Assembly: GCF_000737315.1 (NCBI RefSeq) | Contig: NZ_JMCB01000003.1 | Coordinates: forward strand, 620,001-684,000 | DNA length: 64,000 nucleotides | Source: Hyalangium minutum | Lineage (GTDB): Bacteria > Myxococcota > Myxococcia > Myxococcales > Myxococcaceae | Direction: 5' to 3' | In this document: positions 32,641-42,731 of the stretch, piece by piece | Layout: every line of letters begins with the position of its first letter | Numbering within the stretch: position 1 is the first letter of the stretch | Notes under the pieces: generated by a model | Database searches by the model: none | Told to the model about the DNA's origin: nothing | Seen by the model: the letters and a program-made list of their open reading frames with translations, nothing else | Program-made: the position numbers and the translations under genes

Positions 32641-34044
32641 ATGCGCAAGGCGAAAATCATCTGCACCCTGGGCCCCGCTTCAAACTCCCCGGAAGTCATC
32701 GAGGGCCTCATCCGCGCCGGTATGAACGTGGCGCGCCTCAACTTCTCCCACGGGACGCAGGACGATCACCGCCGCCGGGTGAACACCATCCGCAAGGTGT
32801 CCCGGAAACTGGGAATTCCCGTGGCCATCCTGCAGGACGTGCAGGGCCCCAAGATCCGGCTCGGTAAGTTCGAGGGCGGCCAGCTCGTGGTGAAGGAAGG
32901 CCAAACCGTGACGGTGACCACGCGCGCCGTCCTGGGAGCGGGGACGGTCATCCCCACGCCGGTGCGCTCGCTGCCGAAGGACGTGGAGCGCGGGCACGTC
33001 ATCCTCCTGGACGACGGCCGGGTGCGACTCCGAGTGCTGCGGGTCGCGGGCCGGGATGTCACCGCCAAGGTGGAGGTGGGGGGACTCCTGAAGGACCACA
33101 AGGGCCTCAACCTGCCGGGCGCGGCGATCTCGGTGCCCACCATTACGGAGAAGGACGCGGTGGATCTGGCGTTCGGCCAGGAGCTCGGCGTGGACTACGT
33201 GGCACTGTCCTTCGTGCGCTCGGCGGACGACATCCGCAAGGCGCGCGAGCACGTGTCCAAGCTGAAGACGCCCTTGATTGCGAAGATCGAGAAGCCCCAG
33301 GCGGTGGAGGACCTGGAGGCCATCGCCGCGGTGGCGGATGGGGTGATGATCGCCCGCGGAGACCTGGGCGTGGAGATGCCGCTGGAGCAGCTGCCGGGCA
33401 TCCAGAAGCGCGCGGTGGCCGAGGTGAACCGGATGGGCGGTCTGGTCATCGTGGCCACGGAGATGCTGGAGAGCATGGTGTCCAACTCCCGGCCTACGCG
33501 CGCCGAGGTGTCCGACGTGGCCAACGCCATCCTGGACGGAGCGGACGCGGTGATGCTCTCGGGCGAGACGGCGGCGGGCCGCTATCCCATCGACGCAGCG
33601 GCCACCATGGCGAGGATTGTCGAAGAAACGGAGCGAGGAGTCGTCTCAGGCGGCCTGCGCCCCTCGCTGGTCGAGCGCAAGGATGACCTGTCCACCGGCG
33701 TGGCGGCGGCGGCGGTGGCGGCGGCCGAGCAACTGGGCATCGACACGATCGTCACCTATACGGAGCGGGGCCACACCGCGCGCCTGATCTCCGAGTTCCG
33801 GCCTCGGGCGCAGATCATCGGCCTGACGCCCAACGCGGACACGGTGAACCGGATGGCGCTGTACTGGGGCGTGAAGGGGCTCCAGGTGGGCCGGCTGCAG
33901 AGCACGGACGCGATGCTCAAGCAGGTCCGCCGGCTGTGCCGTGACCAAGGGCTGTGCAAGGTGGGCTCGCCCGTGGTCATCGTGGCGGGCGTGCCGCTCA
34001 ACGAGCCGGGCAGCACCAACATGATGTCCGTGCACCGCATCTGA
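32641..34044 (+). CDS. pyk: Pyruvate kinase
   Basis: KIICTLGP, ARLNFSHG, DVQGPKIR, AKIEK, MIARGDLGVE, ATEMLESM, DAVMLSGETA. Confidence 0.97.
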   Translation: MRKAKIICTLGPASNSPEVIEGLIRAGMNVARLNFSHGTQDDHRRRVNTIRKVSRKLGIPVAILQDVQGPKIRLGKFEGGQLVVKEGQTVTVTTRAVLGAGTVIPTPVRSLPKDVERGHVILLDDGRVRLRVLRVAGRDVTAKVEVGGLLKDHKGLNLPGAAISVPTITEKDAVDLAFGQELGVDYVALSFVRSADDIRKAREHVSKLKTPLIAKIEKPQAVEDLEAIAAVADGVMIARGDLGVEMPLEQLPGIQKRAVAEVNRMGGLVIVATEMLESMVSNSRPTRAEVSDVANAILDGADAVMLSGETAAGRYPIDAAATMARIVEETERGVVSGGLRPSLVERKDDLSTGVAAAAVAAAEQLGIDTIVTYTERGHTARLISEFRPRAQIIGLTPNADTVNRMALYWGVKGLQVGRLQSTDAMLKQVRRLCRDQGLCKVGSPVVIVAGVPLNEPGSTNMMSVHRI

Positions 34045-34167
34045 AGCCCCCGCTCCAAGCGCTCGCCCGCGGGCCCTTGAAGCGCGCTCTCACTCCCAGT
34101 AAAACGCAACTTCCAGGTTAAAGAGGCGATACTTGGAAGGCTGATCCATGGCCTGGGAGGAGCCTTC

Positions 34168-35217
34168 TTGAGAACGCCGGGAATCCTGGTGGGGATCGCC
34201 CTCGTGGGCCTGGTGGCCTGGCGCGCGCTTGCGCCTCGGGCCGCCCCGGCTGCAGAGGACACGGCTCCCATCGTGGCTCCGGGAGTGTCGGTGCCGCCTC
34301 CGGACGCGCCCTGGCACGCCCGTTCGGACCCTGGCGCGCCCCAGAGTGGTTCAGCTCCCGAGGCGTCGCAGCTCAAGGCCCAGTTCCTGATGGCGAAGGC
34401 CCGGCAGACGCTGGGACAGGCCTACGAGCGCTCTGCCTCGCATGGAGACTTTGCCCTCGCTCCAGGCCGCATCCTGAAGAGCCTCCTGGAGCGGCGCTGT
34501 GGGCTCGTACAGCGCCATGCCCAGGCGCTTGCCGTGGACGCGGCGGGCCTGTGCCGGGAACTGCTGTTCGCGGCCGTGAAGGAGCGGCTGGCCCTTTCCT
34601 CGAATGTCTCTGAGGCCCGGTTCTGGGAGCTCCTGACGCAGGTCGACGAGGCCTATGAGCGGCTCGTGGTGGCGGATCCCTCCACGGCCCGCGACGAGGC
34701 CTTCCGCGCTGCCTTCGAGCGCTTCCGCGAGGCACGGCGCGGCATCGTTGGAGCGGACCTGGATCGGCGCCTGTTCGGGCTCGCGGACGAGGTGCTTCGT
34801 CTGCCCTTCCAGGTGGAAGACCTGCTCCACGATCCCAAGACCTCCGCCGAGCAAAAGCTCGCCGCCTACGAAGAGACGCTCCAGCGCATCGAGCGCGAGT
34901 CCGGCGTGCGGCTGGCGTCCGTCGTGGAGCCCCTGGAACTGGCGAAGCACGCGCTGCGGCTCCAGGAGGCTGCAGGCCCGCTCGGCCCCGAGCAGCGGCA
35001 GGCGGTGCTGGCGCGCTACGCGGGGCCTGAGACCGCCGAGCGCTACCTGGCGAATCAACAGGAGCAACAAGACCGGAGCGAGCGGCTGCACGCCTTCAAC
35101 CAGGAGCGCGATGCCCTGCTGGAGCAACTGGCTCGCGCGGGGCTGGGCCCGGAGCAGCGCCGCCAGCGGATGGCCGAGATCGACCAGCAGCTCTTCGAGA
35201 AGTACCGCCTGCAATAA
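34168..35217 (+). CDS. Membrane-anchored helical protein resembling lipase-specific foldase (Lif/LipB)
   Basis: TTG start after GGAGGAG; N-terminal TM anchor, P/A-rich linker, all-helical body. The C-terminus RSERLHAFNQERDALL...GLGPEQRRQRMAEIDQQLF recalls the foldase C-terminal pattern. Recognised by eye only. Confidence 0.6.
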   Translation: MRTPGILVGIALVGLVAWRALAPRAAPAAEDTAPIVAPGVSVPPPDAPWHARSDPGAPQSGSAPEASQLKAQFLMAKARQTLGQAYERSASHGDFALAPGRILKSLLERRCGLVQRHAQALAVDAAGLCRELLFAAVKERLALSSNVSEARFWELLTQVDEAYERLVVADPSTARDEAFRAAFERFREARRGIVGADLDRRLFGLADEVLRLPFQVEDLLHDPKTSAEQKLAAYEETLQRIERESGVRLASVVEPLELAKHALRLQEAAGPLGPEQRQAVLARYAGPETAERYLANQQEQQDRSERLHAFNQERDALLEQLARAGLGPEQRRQRMAEIDQQLFEKYRLQ

Positions 35218-35247
35218 CCCGCATCGCCGTCACGAAGGAGTTCGCCC

Positions 35248-36420
35248 ATGGAGTCCCACAAGATCGAGTGGCGCAGGGGTGTACTGCCCGCTGCGCTCAC
35301 GCTGCTGCTCGCCGGCCCGGCCTGGGCCGAGGGCACGCCCGCGTTCGACGCCTACTACTCGAGCCATCCCAAGGAGTGGTTCGACGCCGCCAGCGAGGTG
35401 GACTACTTCAATCCCTCGATCACACGCTCCTGGCAGCTCAACGAGACGTGCAGCGACACCGGGTACTTCTCGGTGGCCTCGTACAACATCTTCCACAACG
35501 TCCCATTCGTCACCGACTTCGGAGACGAGATGGAGCAGAGCCTCGGCAAGGTGACGAAGTGCGCCGACGTCGTCCTCTACCAGGAGGCCTGGGATTACGA
35601 CGACATCATCGAGGACGGCCCCAAGGCGGATCTGACCGCGCGCGGCTACAAGATGCTGACGCCGGCCAACTACTACTGCGACGACTCGGGCGAGGGTGCG
35701 ATCGAGAACGACTGCAGCGGGCTGGTGATGTTCTACAAGACGGGCACGACGCTCGTGAAGGAACTGACGCTCCAGCCCTTCACCACGGTGAACGGCGTGG
35801 ACGTGCACAAGGAGAAAGGCATCTGGGGCGCGATCTTCGCCAAGGAGGGCCGCTACTACTACGTCTTCAACACCCACTTCACGTACGGCAACAACAGCCA
35901 CCTGGACGGGGACTCCACCTCCGACGCCTCGCGCATCTCCAACATGAAGCAGTCGCTGGCCTTCATCCGCGATCGCGTGAATGCCAACCGAGCCAGCTAC
36001 CCGCCCGCGCTCATCCTCTTCGGGGGCGACTTCAACGCGGACTTCACGAGCGCCCTCAGCTACTCCAAGGGCTACCAGCTGCTTCTCCAGGCCTCCGCAC
36101 AGAGCAGCTTCTTCGAGCCGTATGAATACGCCACCGGCGGTGCGGCCCTGGGCGGATATGAGACCGCGGGCTTCCAGTCCAACTGGCCCGGCTCCACGGC
36201 CGATACGGGCAACAACGGCATGGCTTCGGGCGCCAAGGGGGACTTTGACACGCTGATGGTCGGCAAGGCCGCCGCGTTCGGCTCCTGCTCGCCAGCCTCC
36301 ATCTCGTACAGCGGCTGGGCGCCGGGCTGGAAGTCGATCGACACGAGCGTGCGGAAGTGGCCGTCGTATACCCACTCGGACCATTACGGCCGCTGGATCC
36401 GGGTGAAGCCCGGCTGCTGA
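35248..36420 (+). CDS. Secreted EEP-superfamily hydrolase, sphingomyelinase C/phospholipase C-like
   Basis: Signal peptide (AWA/EG); SYNI, VVLYQEAW, EKGIW, VFNTHF, GGDFNAD, FDTL, SDHYG reproduce the DNase I-like catalytic set. Confidence 0.82.
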   Translation: MESHKIEWRRGVLPAALTLLLAGPAWAEGTPAFDAYYSSHPKEWFDAASEVDYFNPSITRSWQLNETCSDTGYFSVASYNIFHNVPFVTDFGDEMEQSLGKVTKCADVVLYQEAWDYDDIIEDGPKADLTARGYKMLTPANYYCDDSGEGAIENDCSGLVMFYKTGTTLVKELTLQPFTTVNGVDVHKEKGIWGAIFAKEGRYYYVFNTHFTYGNNSHLDGDSTSDASRISNMKQSLAFIRDRVNANRASYPPALILFGGDFNADFTSALSYSKGYQLLLQASAQSSFFEPYEYATGGAALGGYETAGFQSNWPGSTADTGNNGMASGAKGDFDTLMVGKAAAFGSCSPASISYSGWAPGWKSIDTSVRKWPSYTHSDHYGRWIRVKPGC

Positions 36421-36430
36421 GCCCCCACGG

Positions 36431-37861
36431 ATGGCGCTGCCGAGGCTCGGAGGGCTGGGACGGAGCTGCCTGTGGGCAGGGGGCGGCGCCTTGCTGGTGG
36501 GCGCGTCAGCGCACCTGATCCTCGTCTTCCCGGCCAACGTGCTGGGCCTCGTGGGCGGCTTTGCCTGCTACTTCCGAGCGCTCGGCCACAGCGAAACGCC
36601 ACGCGCGGGGCTGCTCACCGGCTCCGTGTTCGGCCTGCTCCTGGCAGCCAGCAGCCTCTATTGGCTTACCGATGTGCTCTATGTGCTGACGCTCGAAGAG
36701 CGCATCGTTGGGGCCATCGTGGTGGGTGGGTTCCTGGTGCTGATCGCGCTGCCTTACGGGCTCTGGGGGCTCGGAGCGGTGCTCATGAGGCGCCGCGTGC
36801 CTCGGCGCTGGATGTTCCTCCTCGCACCAGGGCTGCTGCTGGCACAAGCGCTCGTCCATGACGTGTGGCTCGGCTTTCCCTGGCTGCACCACGGCTACTG
36901 GCTGGCCTTCGGGCCTCTGGGAAACTGGCTGGCCCTGCTGGGAGCGTGGGGCGTGGGACTGCTCCTGCTCCACCTCGCCGCGTGCGTGGGGCTCTGGAAC
37001 CAGGCCCCGAGCGCCCTTTCGCATGCACTGGCCACGGGTGTGGTGCTCTGCCTTGCCCCCCTGTTCCCCGTCAGCCCTCCCCCCGGCCCGGCTTCCCGGA
37101 GGGTCCAAGCCGCCATCATCAGCATCGATCCTCCCGAGGTGAAGGACAGCCCCCAGGACAACCTCGAGCTGCTCTCGCGCTACGTGATGGCCACGCAGCA
37201 GCTCCGGGCGGATTGGACCTTCTGGCCCGAGTCCGTCATCCGTGACGGCGAAGCCACCCTGGCCCCGCTCAGCGCGGCCTTGGGTCTGCCAGGGGGACGC
37301 ATCTTCGCGGGGGCACTGCTCGCGGCCCCCTCAGGGCGCTACAACGCCCTCGTCGAACTCCCGGGAGGCAGGCCCCTCTACTACAAGCAGAAGCTCGTCC
37401 CATTCTCGGAGTACCTGCCCGGCGAGCCCTTCCGCCGGCTGTTCCGAGTGCTCGGCGTCAACACCCTCAAGACCGACGTGACCGCGTGGCCCCAGCCGCA
37501 GCCCGCGGTGGAAGCCGACGGCGTGAGCCTGCACCCCCTGCTCTGCTACGAGGCCGCCTTCACCGAACTCATCCAGCCCGGCTCCCAGCCGATGGTGTTG
37601 CTCAACGCCGGCAACGAGAGCTGGTTCCGGAGCGCGCTCATGCACCGCATGACCTTAGCGATGGCCGTGGCCCGCTCCCGCGAGTACGGCGTCCCGCTGG
37701 TGCGCTCCGTGGTGGGCGGCTCCAGCGGGACCTTCGACCCTGCCTCGGAACCTGTCTGGCAGGAGGGCGAGGTCCGTGAAGGCACCCTCACCCACCCCGC
37801 CCCGCTCCTCCCCCGGCCCGCAGCGACGCCGTACAGCTACTGGCGCCGCCTGTTCCCCTGA
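36431..37861 (+). CDS. lnt: Apolipoprotein N-acyltransferase-like protein (membrane domain + CN-hydrolase)
   Basis: ~7 TM N-half with GFPW; catalytic triad motifs WPES (E), YYKQKLVPFSEY (K), LCYE (C); GNESWF; RSREYGVPLVR. Confidence 0.85.
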   Translation: MALPRLGGLGRSCLWAGGGALLVGASAHLILVFPANVLGLVGGFACYFRALGHSETPRAGLLTGSVFGLLLAASSLYWLTDVLYVLTLEERIVGAIVVGGFLVLIALPYGLWGLGAVLMRRRVPRRWMFLLAPGLLLAQALVHDVWLGFPWLHHGYWLAFGPLGNWLALLGAWGVGLLLLHLAACVGLWNQAPSALSHALATGVVLCLAPLFPVSPPPGPASRRVQAAIISIDPPEVKDSPQDNLELLSRYVMATQQLRADWTFWPESVIRDGEATLAPLSAALGLPGGRIFAGALLAAPSGRYNALVELPGGRPLYYKQKLVPFSEYLPGEPFRRLFRVLGVNTLKTDVTAWPQPQPAVEADGVSLHPLLCYEAAFTELIQPGSQPMVLLNAGNESWFRSALMHRMTLAMAVARSREYGVPLVRSVVGGSSGTFDPASEPVWQEGEVREGTLTHPAPLLPRPAATPYSYWRRLFP

Positions 37862-37967
37862 GCGCGCAGCGAACCGGTCTACTTGTCAGACAGGTTGGCC
37901 GCGCGCCCAGCCAGCCAGGGCCCCATCACGATGAAGGGTGCTCCCGTACAGGTGAAGCCTCACACGC

Positions 37968-38735
37968 TCAGGCTGGCGTGACACCCGCACGGCGAATCCG
38001 CTCGATGTACTCCGCCGTGGCCCCAGAGAGCTTGCCCACCACGGCCAGAAAGCGCGCTCGCCGCTTCGCGAGCTCCGGCTCCGGTTCACGAACCGCGAGG
38101 GACTCGTCCCACAGCAGGTCGCGCAGCTGCCACACGAACTGGTTGAACGGGAAGTGGTGAACCGCCTGCACGGGCTCGATGAACTCCGCGGAGATGGGCG
38201 TCGTCAGCGTGTCCCAGGCGGAGCTGGACTGCTGCTTCCAGATGCCGGACACGTGCACGAGCACCATGCGGCCATCCACGAGCAGATACACCCGGCGCTC
38301 CACCAACACGCCCATGTCCTTCGGCTGGGAGTCCTGCACGCCGTACCGGAAGTAGTCATGCGCGAGCGGATAGGCGTGCTCCTTCATCCACTCCGCCTCC
38401 CGCAGGCGCGCCGGGTAGCTCCCGAGCCCCGCCTCATACGCCTGCAGCAGTTCCTCGGGCATCCCCTGAACGCCTCGGAGATCCTCGCGGATGGTGCGCA
38501 GCGGAAGCCGATCCAGCTCCGGCAGCGCGAGCTGAATGAGTAGCCCCAGCAGCGTGCCTTGCACTTCCTGGAGCCCCTCGGCCAGGGGGCTCATCGTGGC
38601 CCAGAATTCCTCCCGGAGCCGCAGGTGCTCCGGATCCGGCTCGGGTGGCGCGAAGGCGGGCAGCTCCTTCGGCGTCTGCCGGCGGTCAGACAAGTCGATG
38701 ACGGTCGGCGCCTCGTCCTTGTCTTTGTCTTTCAC
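37968..38735 (-). CDS. Hypothetical protein
   Basis: 255 aa ORF; GTG start overlaps the upstream stop; coding-like codon usage; no recognisable motif. Confidence 0.7.
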   Translation of the reverse strand: MKDKDKDEAPTVIDLSDRRQTPKELPAFAPPEPDPEHLRLREEFWATMSPLAEGLQEVQGTLLGLLIQLALPELDRLPLRTIREDLRGVQGMPEELLQAYEAGLGSYPARLREAEWMKEHAYPLAHDYFRYGVQDSQPKDMGVLVERRVYLLVDGRMVLVHVSGIWKQQSSSAWDTLTTPISAEFIEPVQAVHHFPFNQFVWQLRDLLWDESLAVREPEPELAKRRARFLAVVGKLSGATAEYIERIRRAGVTPA

Positions 38736-39400
38736 AGGGTCTTGTTCTGGAAGTCGTACAGCTTCTCGACGGCGACCTGCCGGTAGCGCTCCACCTTGAG
38801 CGCGCGCATGGCGCAGTCCCAGACCAGCTCCTTGGCGGGCCGATCCGGCTCCTTCTTCTTGCGCCGTTTCACTTCGGCCTTGATGGCCTTCACCGCCACG
38901 CGCGGGTGGTAGCAGAACGCCGCCGAGAACAGCAGGTGCCCGCCGAACGGGATGAGCCGCGCCTCGATGACATCCCCCGTCTCCAGACCGGCGATGTTGC
39001 GGCGCTCGGTGACGTCAAAGTCCTTGCCGGAGAACAGCTCGCGCAGGCGGATGACGCCCTTGCCCAGCTTGCGCACCTCGAACAGCCCGTGCACCGTCTC
39101 CGTGAAGCTGCGGAAGGCGTTGCCCTCCTCGGGGGCCGCGCTCTGCAGCCGCTGCTCGTACAGCTCGGTGGCCGGCGTCTTCCCCGTGAGAGGCGAGACA
39201 CGATCGTACAGGTAGTAGTCCAGGAACGAGGCCATCCGGAGCTCGAAGATCTTGTCGTCCTCGAACACCTCGCCCGTGAGGCGGAAGTACTCGGCCTTGG
39301 CCTCCAAGAGGTCCGCCTTGCGCGGCTCCTGGCTCCCGAAGGCGATGAGCTCGTCCAGGTACGGCTGATACGACAGAGGTGAAGCGGAAGGGGCGTCCAT
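38732..39400 (-). CDS. Conserved hypothetical protein
   Basis: 222 aa; FLDYYLYD...GLFEV...LRELFSGKDFDV...GDVIEARL resembles a domain often seen with SEC-C proteins, but there is no SEC-C motif here. Confidence 0.75.
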   Translation of the reverse strand: MDAPSASPLSYQPYLDELIAFGSQEPRKADLLEAKAEYFRLTGEVFEDDKIFELRMASFLDYYLYDRVSPLTGKTPATELYEQRLQSAAPEEGNAFRSFTETVHGLFEVRKLGKGVIRLRELFSGKDFDVTERRNIAGLETGDVIEARLIPFGGHLLFSAAFCYHPRVAVKAIKAEVKRRKKKEPDRPAKELVWDCAMRALKVERYRQVAVEKLYDFQNKTL

Positions 39401-39414
39401 GGCGCGCGAAGATC

Positions 39415-40530
39415 CTACTCCGCCATCAGCCGCGCGAAACGCTTGAACAGATAGCGGGCATCGTGCGGACCGGGGGAAGACTCCGGGTGATACTGAACAC
39501 TGAAAGCCCGGGCATCCGGGATGGAGAGCCCCTCCACCGTTCCATCATTCAGGTTGATGTGGGTCACCACCGCCCTGCCCTTCAGGCTGGCATCGTCCAC
39601 AGCGAAGCCGTGGTTCTGCGCGGTGATCTCCACCTTCCCGGTGGTCAGGTCTTTCACCGGCTGGTTGGCACCCCGGTGGCCGAACTTCATCTTGTACGTC
39701 CGGCCGCCCAGCGAGAGAGCGAGGATCTGGTGCCCCAGGCAGATGCCAAACACGGGCACCTTGCCGAGCAGCTTGGCCACCGTCTTGTCCGCGCCCGTGA
39801 CCGCCGCCGGATCGCCGGGGCCATTGGCCAGGAAGACGCCGTGCGGCTTGCGCGCGAGCACCTCCTCGGCCGTGGTTGTGGAGGGCACCACCGTGACGCG
39901 GCACCCCTCGTCCACGAGGAACTCCAGCATGGAGCGCTTGAGGCCGTAGTCGTAGGCCACCACGTCGAAGCGGAACTCCGGCGCGGGACGCGGCGAGTTG
40001 CTGAACACGTCCGGGGACGGTGTGGTGAAGGAGTACGGCTGCTTCGTGGAGACGCCCGTGGCCAGGTCCATGCCCTCCATGCCGGGCGCGGTCTTGGCGC
40101 GCTCCACGAGGGCCGCGGTGGAGTGGTTCTCGCTGGAGATGACGCCCATCTGCGCGCCGTGCGTGCGCAGGTGGCGCACGAGCCGCCGGGTGTCCAGGCC
40201 CTGGATGCCCGCGACGCCGTGGCGGGCGAGGTACGCGTTCAGCGTCTCCTTGGCGCGCCAGTTCGAGGGGATCTCCGTGTACGAGCGCACCACCATGCCC
40301 ACCGCGTGCGGGTGCACGGACTCTTCGTCCTGCGGCGTCGCGCCCACGTTGCCCATCTCCGGATAGGCCATGGTGACGATCTGCCCGACGTACGAGGGAT
40401 CCGTGAGGATCTCCTGGTAGCCGAACATGGACGTGTTGAAGACCACTTCGCCCACCCTCTCACCGGTGGCGCCAAACGCGCGCCCCTCGAAGGTGGTGCC
40501 ATCCGCCAACGCGAGCACGGCTCGCTTCAT
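39415..40530 (-). CDS. carA: Carbamoyl-phosphate synthase small subunit
   Basis: [59 protein letters not shown]; ATG 40530. Confidence 0.96.
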   Translation of the reverse strand: MKRAVLALADGTTFEGRAFGATGERVGEVVFNTSMFGYQEILTDPSYVGQIVTMAYPEMGNVGATPQDEESVHPHAVGMVVRSYTEIPSNWRAKETLNAYLARHGVAGIQGLDTRRLVRHLRTHGAQMGVISSENHSTAALVERAKTAPGMEGMDLATGVSTKQPYSFTTPSPDVFSNSPRPAPEFRFDVVAYDYGLKRSMLEFLVDEGCRVTVVPSTTTAEEVLARKPHGVFLANGPGDPAAVTGADKTVAKLLGKVPVFGICLGHQILALSLGGRTYKMKFGHRGANQPVKDLTTGKVEITAQNHGFAVDDASLKGRAVVTHINLNDGTVEGLSIPDARAFSVQYHPESSPGPHDARYLFKRFARLMAE

Positions 40531-41831
40531 CACCGGGACTCCTTGATCTGACCGTCCGAGAAAACGAGCCTGCCGCTCACCCACGTCTGGGTCACGCGCC
40601 CCTTGAGCAGGCGGCCATTGAAGGGCGTATTCCGGCTCTTGGAGAAGAACCGCTCCGCGTCTACCGCCCACTCCACCTCCGGGTCGACGAGCGTGACGTC
40701 CGCCGGAGCACCAGCCCCCAGGTGACCGCCCGGCAGCCCGAACGCTCTCGCCGGGCCGTCCGTCAGCAGCTCCACCGCCTTGAGCGGGCTGAGCACGCCA
40801 TCGTGCACCAGCGCCAACGTCAATCCCAGCGCCGTCTCCAGGCCCACCACGCCGTTGATCCCCTTCTCGAACTCCACCTGCTTGTCGAGGATGCCGTGCG
40901 GCGCATGGTCCGTGGCGATGGCGTCGATGGTGCCGTCCGCCAGGGCCTCACGCAGGGCCTCCACGTCGCGGCGCAGGCGCAGTGGCGGGTTCATCTTGGC
41001 GTGGGTGTCATACGAGCCCACGGCGGTGTCATCGAGCGTGAAGTGGTGCGGCGTGGCCTCGGCGGTGACCTTCAGGCCCCGCTTCTTGGCCTCGCGCACC
41101 AGGCGGACGCTGCCCTCGCAGGAGATGTGGGCGATGTGCAGCCGCCCGCCCGTCTCCTCGAGCAGCACCAAGTCCCGCGCCACCATGACGATCTCGGCCG
41201 AGGACGGGATGGGCGCCAGCCCGAGCCGCGTCGCCGTGGGCCCCTCCGTCATCGCGCCCTTGCCAGACAGCGTGAGGTCCTCCTCGTGGACCATGACGGG
41301 GATGTCGAACAGCGTGGAGTATTGGAGCGCGCGGCGCATCAGCGAGGCGCTCATCACCGGGCGTCCGTCGTCCGTGATGCAGACGCAGCCGGCGGAGATC
41401 AGCTCGCCCATCTCCGCGAGCTCCTCGCCCTTGAGGCCCTTGGTGATGGCCCCCGCGGGGTACACGTGGCAGAGGTTGGCCGCGCGGGCGCGAGAGAGCA
41501 CCAGCTCCGTCACGAGCGCGCTGTCGTTGACGATCTTGGTGTTGGGCATGGCCACCACCGCGGTGAAGCCGCCCGCCACCGCCGACCGGCTCCCGGTGAG
41601 GATGGTCTCCTTCCCTTCCTCGCCCGGCTCGCGCAGGTGCACGTGCAGATCGATGAAGCCCGGGAGCACCCAGCGCCCCCGCGCGTCCACCACCTGGGCG
41701 CCCGGAACCTGGAGGGGGGCCTCGGAGATCTCGGCCACCTTGCCGTCCCGGAGGAGCACGTCGCGCACGCCGTCCACCTGGCTGCGTGGATCGATGACCC
41801 GGCCACGGCTGAAGAGGATCGGGGCGCTCAC
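40530..41831 (-). CDS. pyrC: Dihydroorotase (type I)
   Basis: [46 protein letters not shown]; GTG 41831 overlaps the pyrB stop. Confidence 0.95.
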   Translation of the reverse strand: MSAPILFSRGRVIDPRSQVDGVRDVLLRDGKVAEISEAPLQVPGAQVVDARGRWVLPGFIDLHVHLREPGEEGKETILTGSRSAVAGGFTAVVAMPNTKIVNDSALVTELVLSRARAANLCHVYPAGAITKGLKGEELAEMGELISAGCVCITDDGRPVMSASLMRRALQYSTLFDIPVMVHEEDLTLSGKGAMTEGPTATRLGLAPIPSSAEIVMVARDLVLLEETGGRLHIAHISCEGSVRLVREAKKRGLKVTAEATPHHFTLDDTAVGSYDTHAKMNPPLRLRRDVEALREALADGTIDAIATDHAPHGILDKQVEFEKGINGVVGLETALGLTLALVHDGVLSPLKAVELLTDGPARAFGLPGGHLGAGAPADVTLVDPEVEWAVDAERFFSKSRNTPFNGRLLKGRVTQTWVSGRLVFSDGQIKESR

Positions 41832-42718
41832 GAGCACACCTCCAGGATGGCGCGGCGCACAGCCACTCCGTTCGCCACCTGCTCCAGGATGACGCTGCGG
41901 GCCCCATCGGCGACCGCAGGCGCCAGCTCCACGCCTCGGTTGATGGGTCCCGGGTGCATGACGAGCGCCCCGGACTTCATCTTCTCGCTCCGGGCCACGT
42001 TGAGGCCGAAGAGGCGGGAGAACTCGCGCGTGGAGGGGAAGAACGACTCCGACTGCCGCTCCAGTTGGAGGCGCAGGCACATCACCGCATCCGCCTGGGG
42101 CAACGCCGCGTCCAGGTTCGTGGTGACCTCGGCGCCCAACTCCTTCAGGCCCACGGGCAGCAGCGTGGGCGGGCCACACGCGACCACCCGAGCCCCCAGC
42201 GCCGTGAGGCACAGGATGTTCGAGCGCGCCACGCGGCTGTGGAGGATGTCCCCGACGATGAGGACGGTGCGGCCGTCCAGCTTCCCCCAGTGCTTGCGCA
42301 GCGTGAAGGCATCCAGCAGGGCCTGCGAGGGGTGCTCGTGGGTGCCATCCCCGGCGTTGATGACGGCGCAGCGCACGTGCTTGGCGACCAGGTGAGGCGC
42401 GCCCGAGGAGCGGTGCCGGATGACGAGCGCCACCGGGCCCGTGGCCTCGATGTTGCGCACCGTGTCCAACAGCGTCTCACCTTTGGAGACCGAGGAGCCC
42501 GCTGCCGTCCAGTTGAGCACCTGGGCGCCGAGCATCTTGGCGGCCATCTCGAAGGAGGTGCGAGTCCGGGTGGAGTCCTCGAAGAAGAGGTTGGCCACCA
42601 CCTTGCCCTGGAGGACGGAGGCGTTCGCCGAGCCCCTTGGAAGATGAGCCTCGGCCCGGTCGAGCAGCGTCTCGATCTCTTCCCGCCGCCAGCCTTCGAT
42701 TCCGAGCAGGTGTCGCAT
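41828..42718 (-). CDS. pyrB: Aspartate carbamoyltransferase catalytic subunit
   Basis: FFEDSTRTRTSF, SVSKGETLLDT, NAGDGTHEHPSQALLD, GDILHSRVARS, MHPGPINRG; ATG 42718. Confidence 0.96.
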   Translation of the reverse strand: MRHLLGIEGWRREEIETLLDRAEAHLPRGSANASVLQGKVVANLFFEDSTRTRTSFEMAAKMLGAQVLNWTAAGSSVSKGETLLDTVRNIEATGPVALVIRHRSSGAPHLVAKHVRCAVINAGDGTHEHPSQALLDAFTLRKHWGKLDGRTVLIVGDILHSRVARSNILCLTALGARVVACGPPTLLPVGLKELGAEVTTNLDAALPQADAVMCLRLQLERQSESFFPSTREFSRLFGLNVARSEKMKSGALVMHPGPINRGVELAPAVADGARSVILEQVANGVAVRRAILEVCS

Positions 42719-42731
42719 AGACCGGGGTGGC

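Noticed and set aside
34111-34138. Imperfect inverted repeat TTCCAG...CTTGGAA upstream of the foldase-like operon
   Set aside because: Short, mismatched and not repeated elsewhere in the window.
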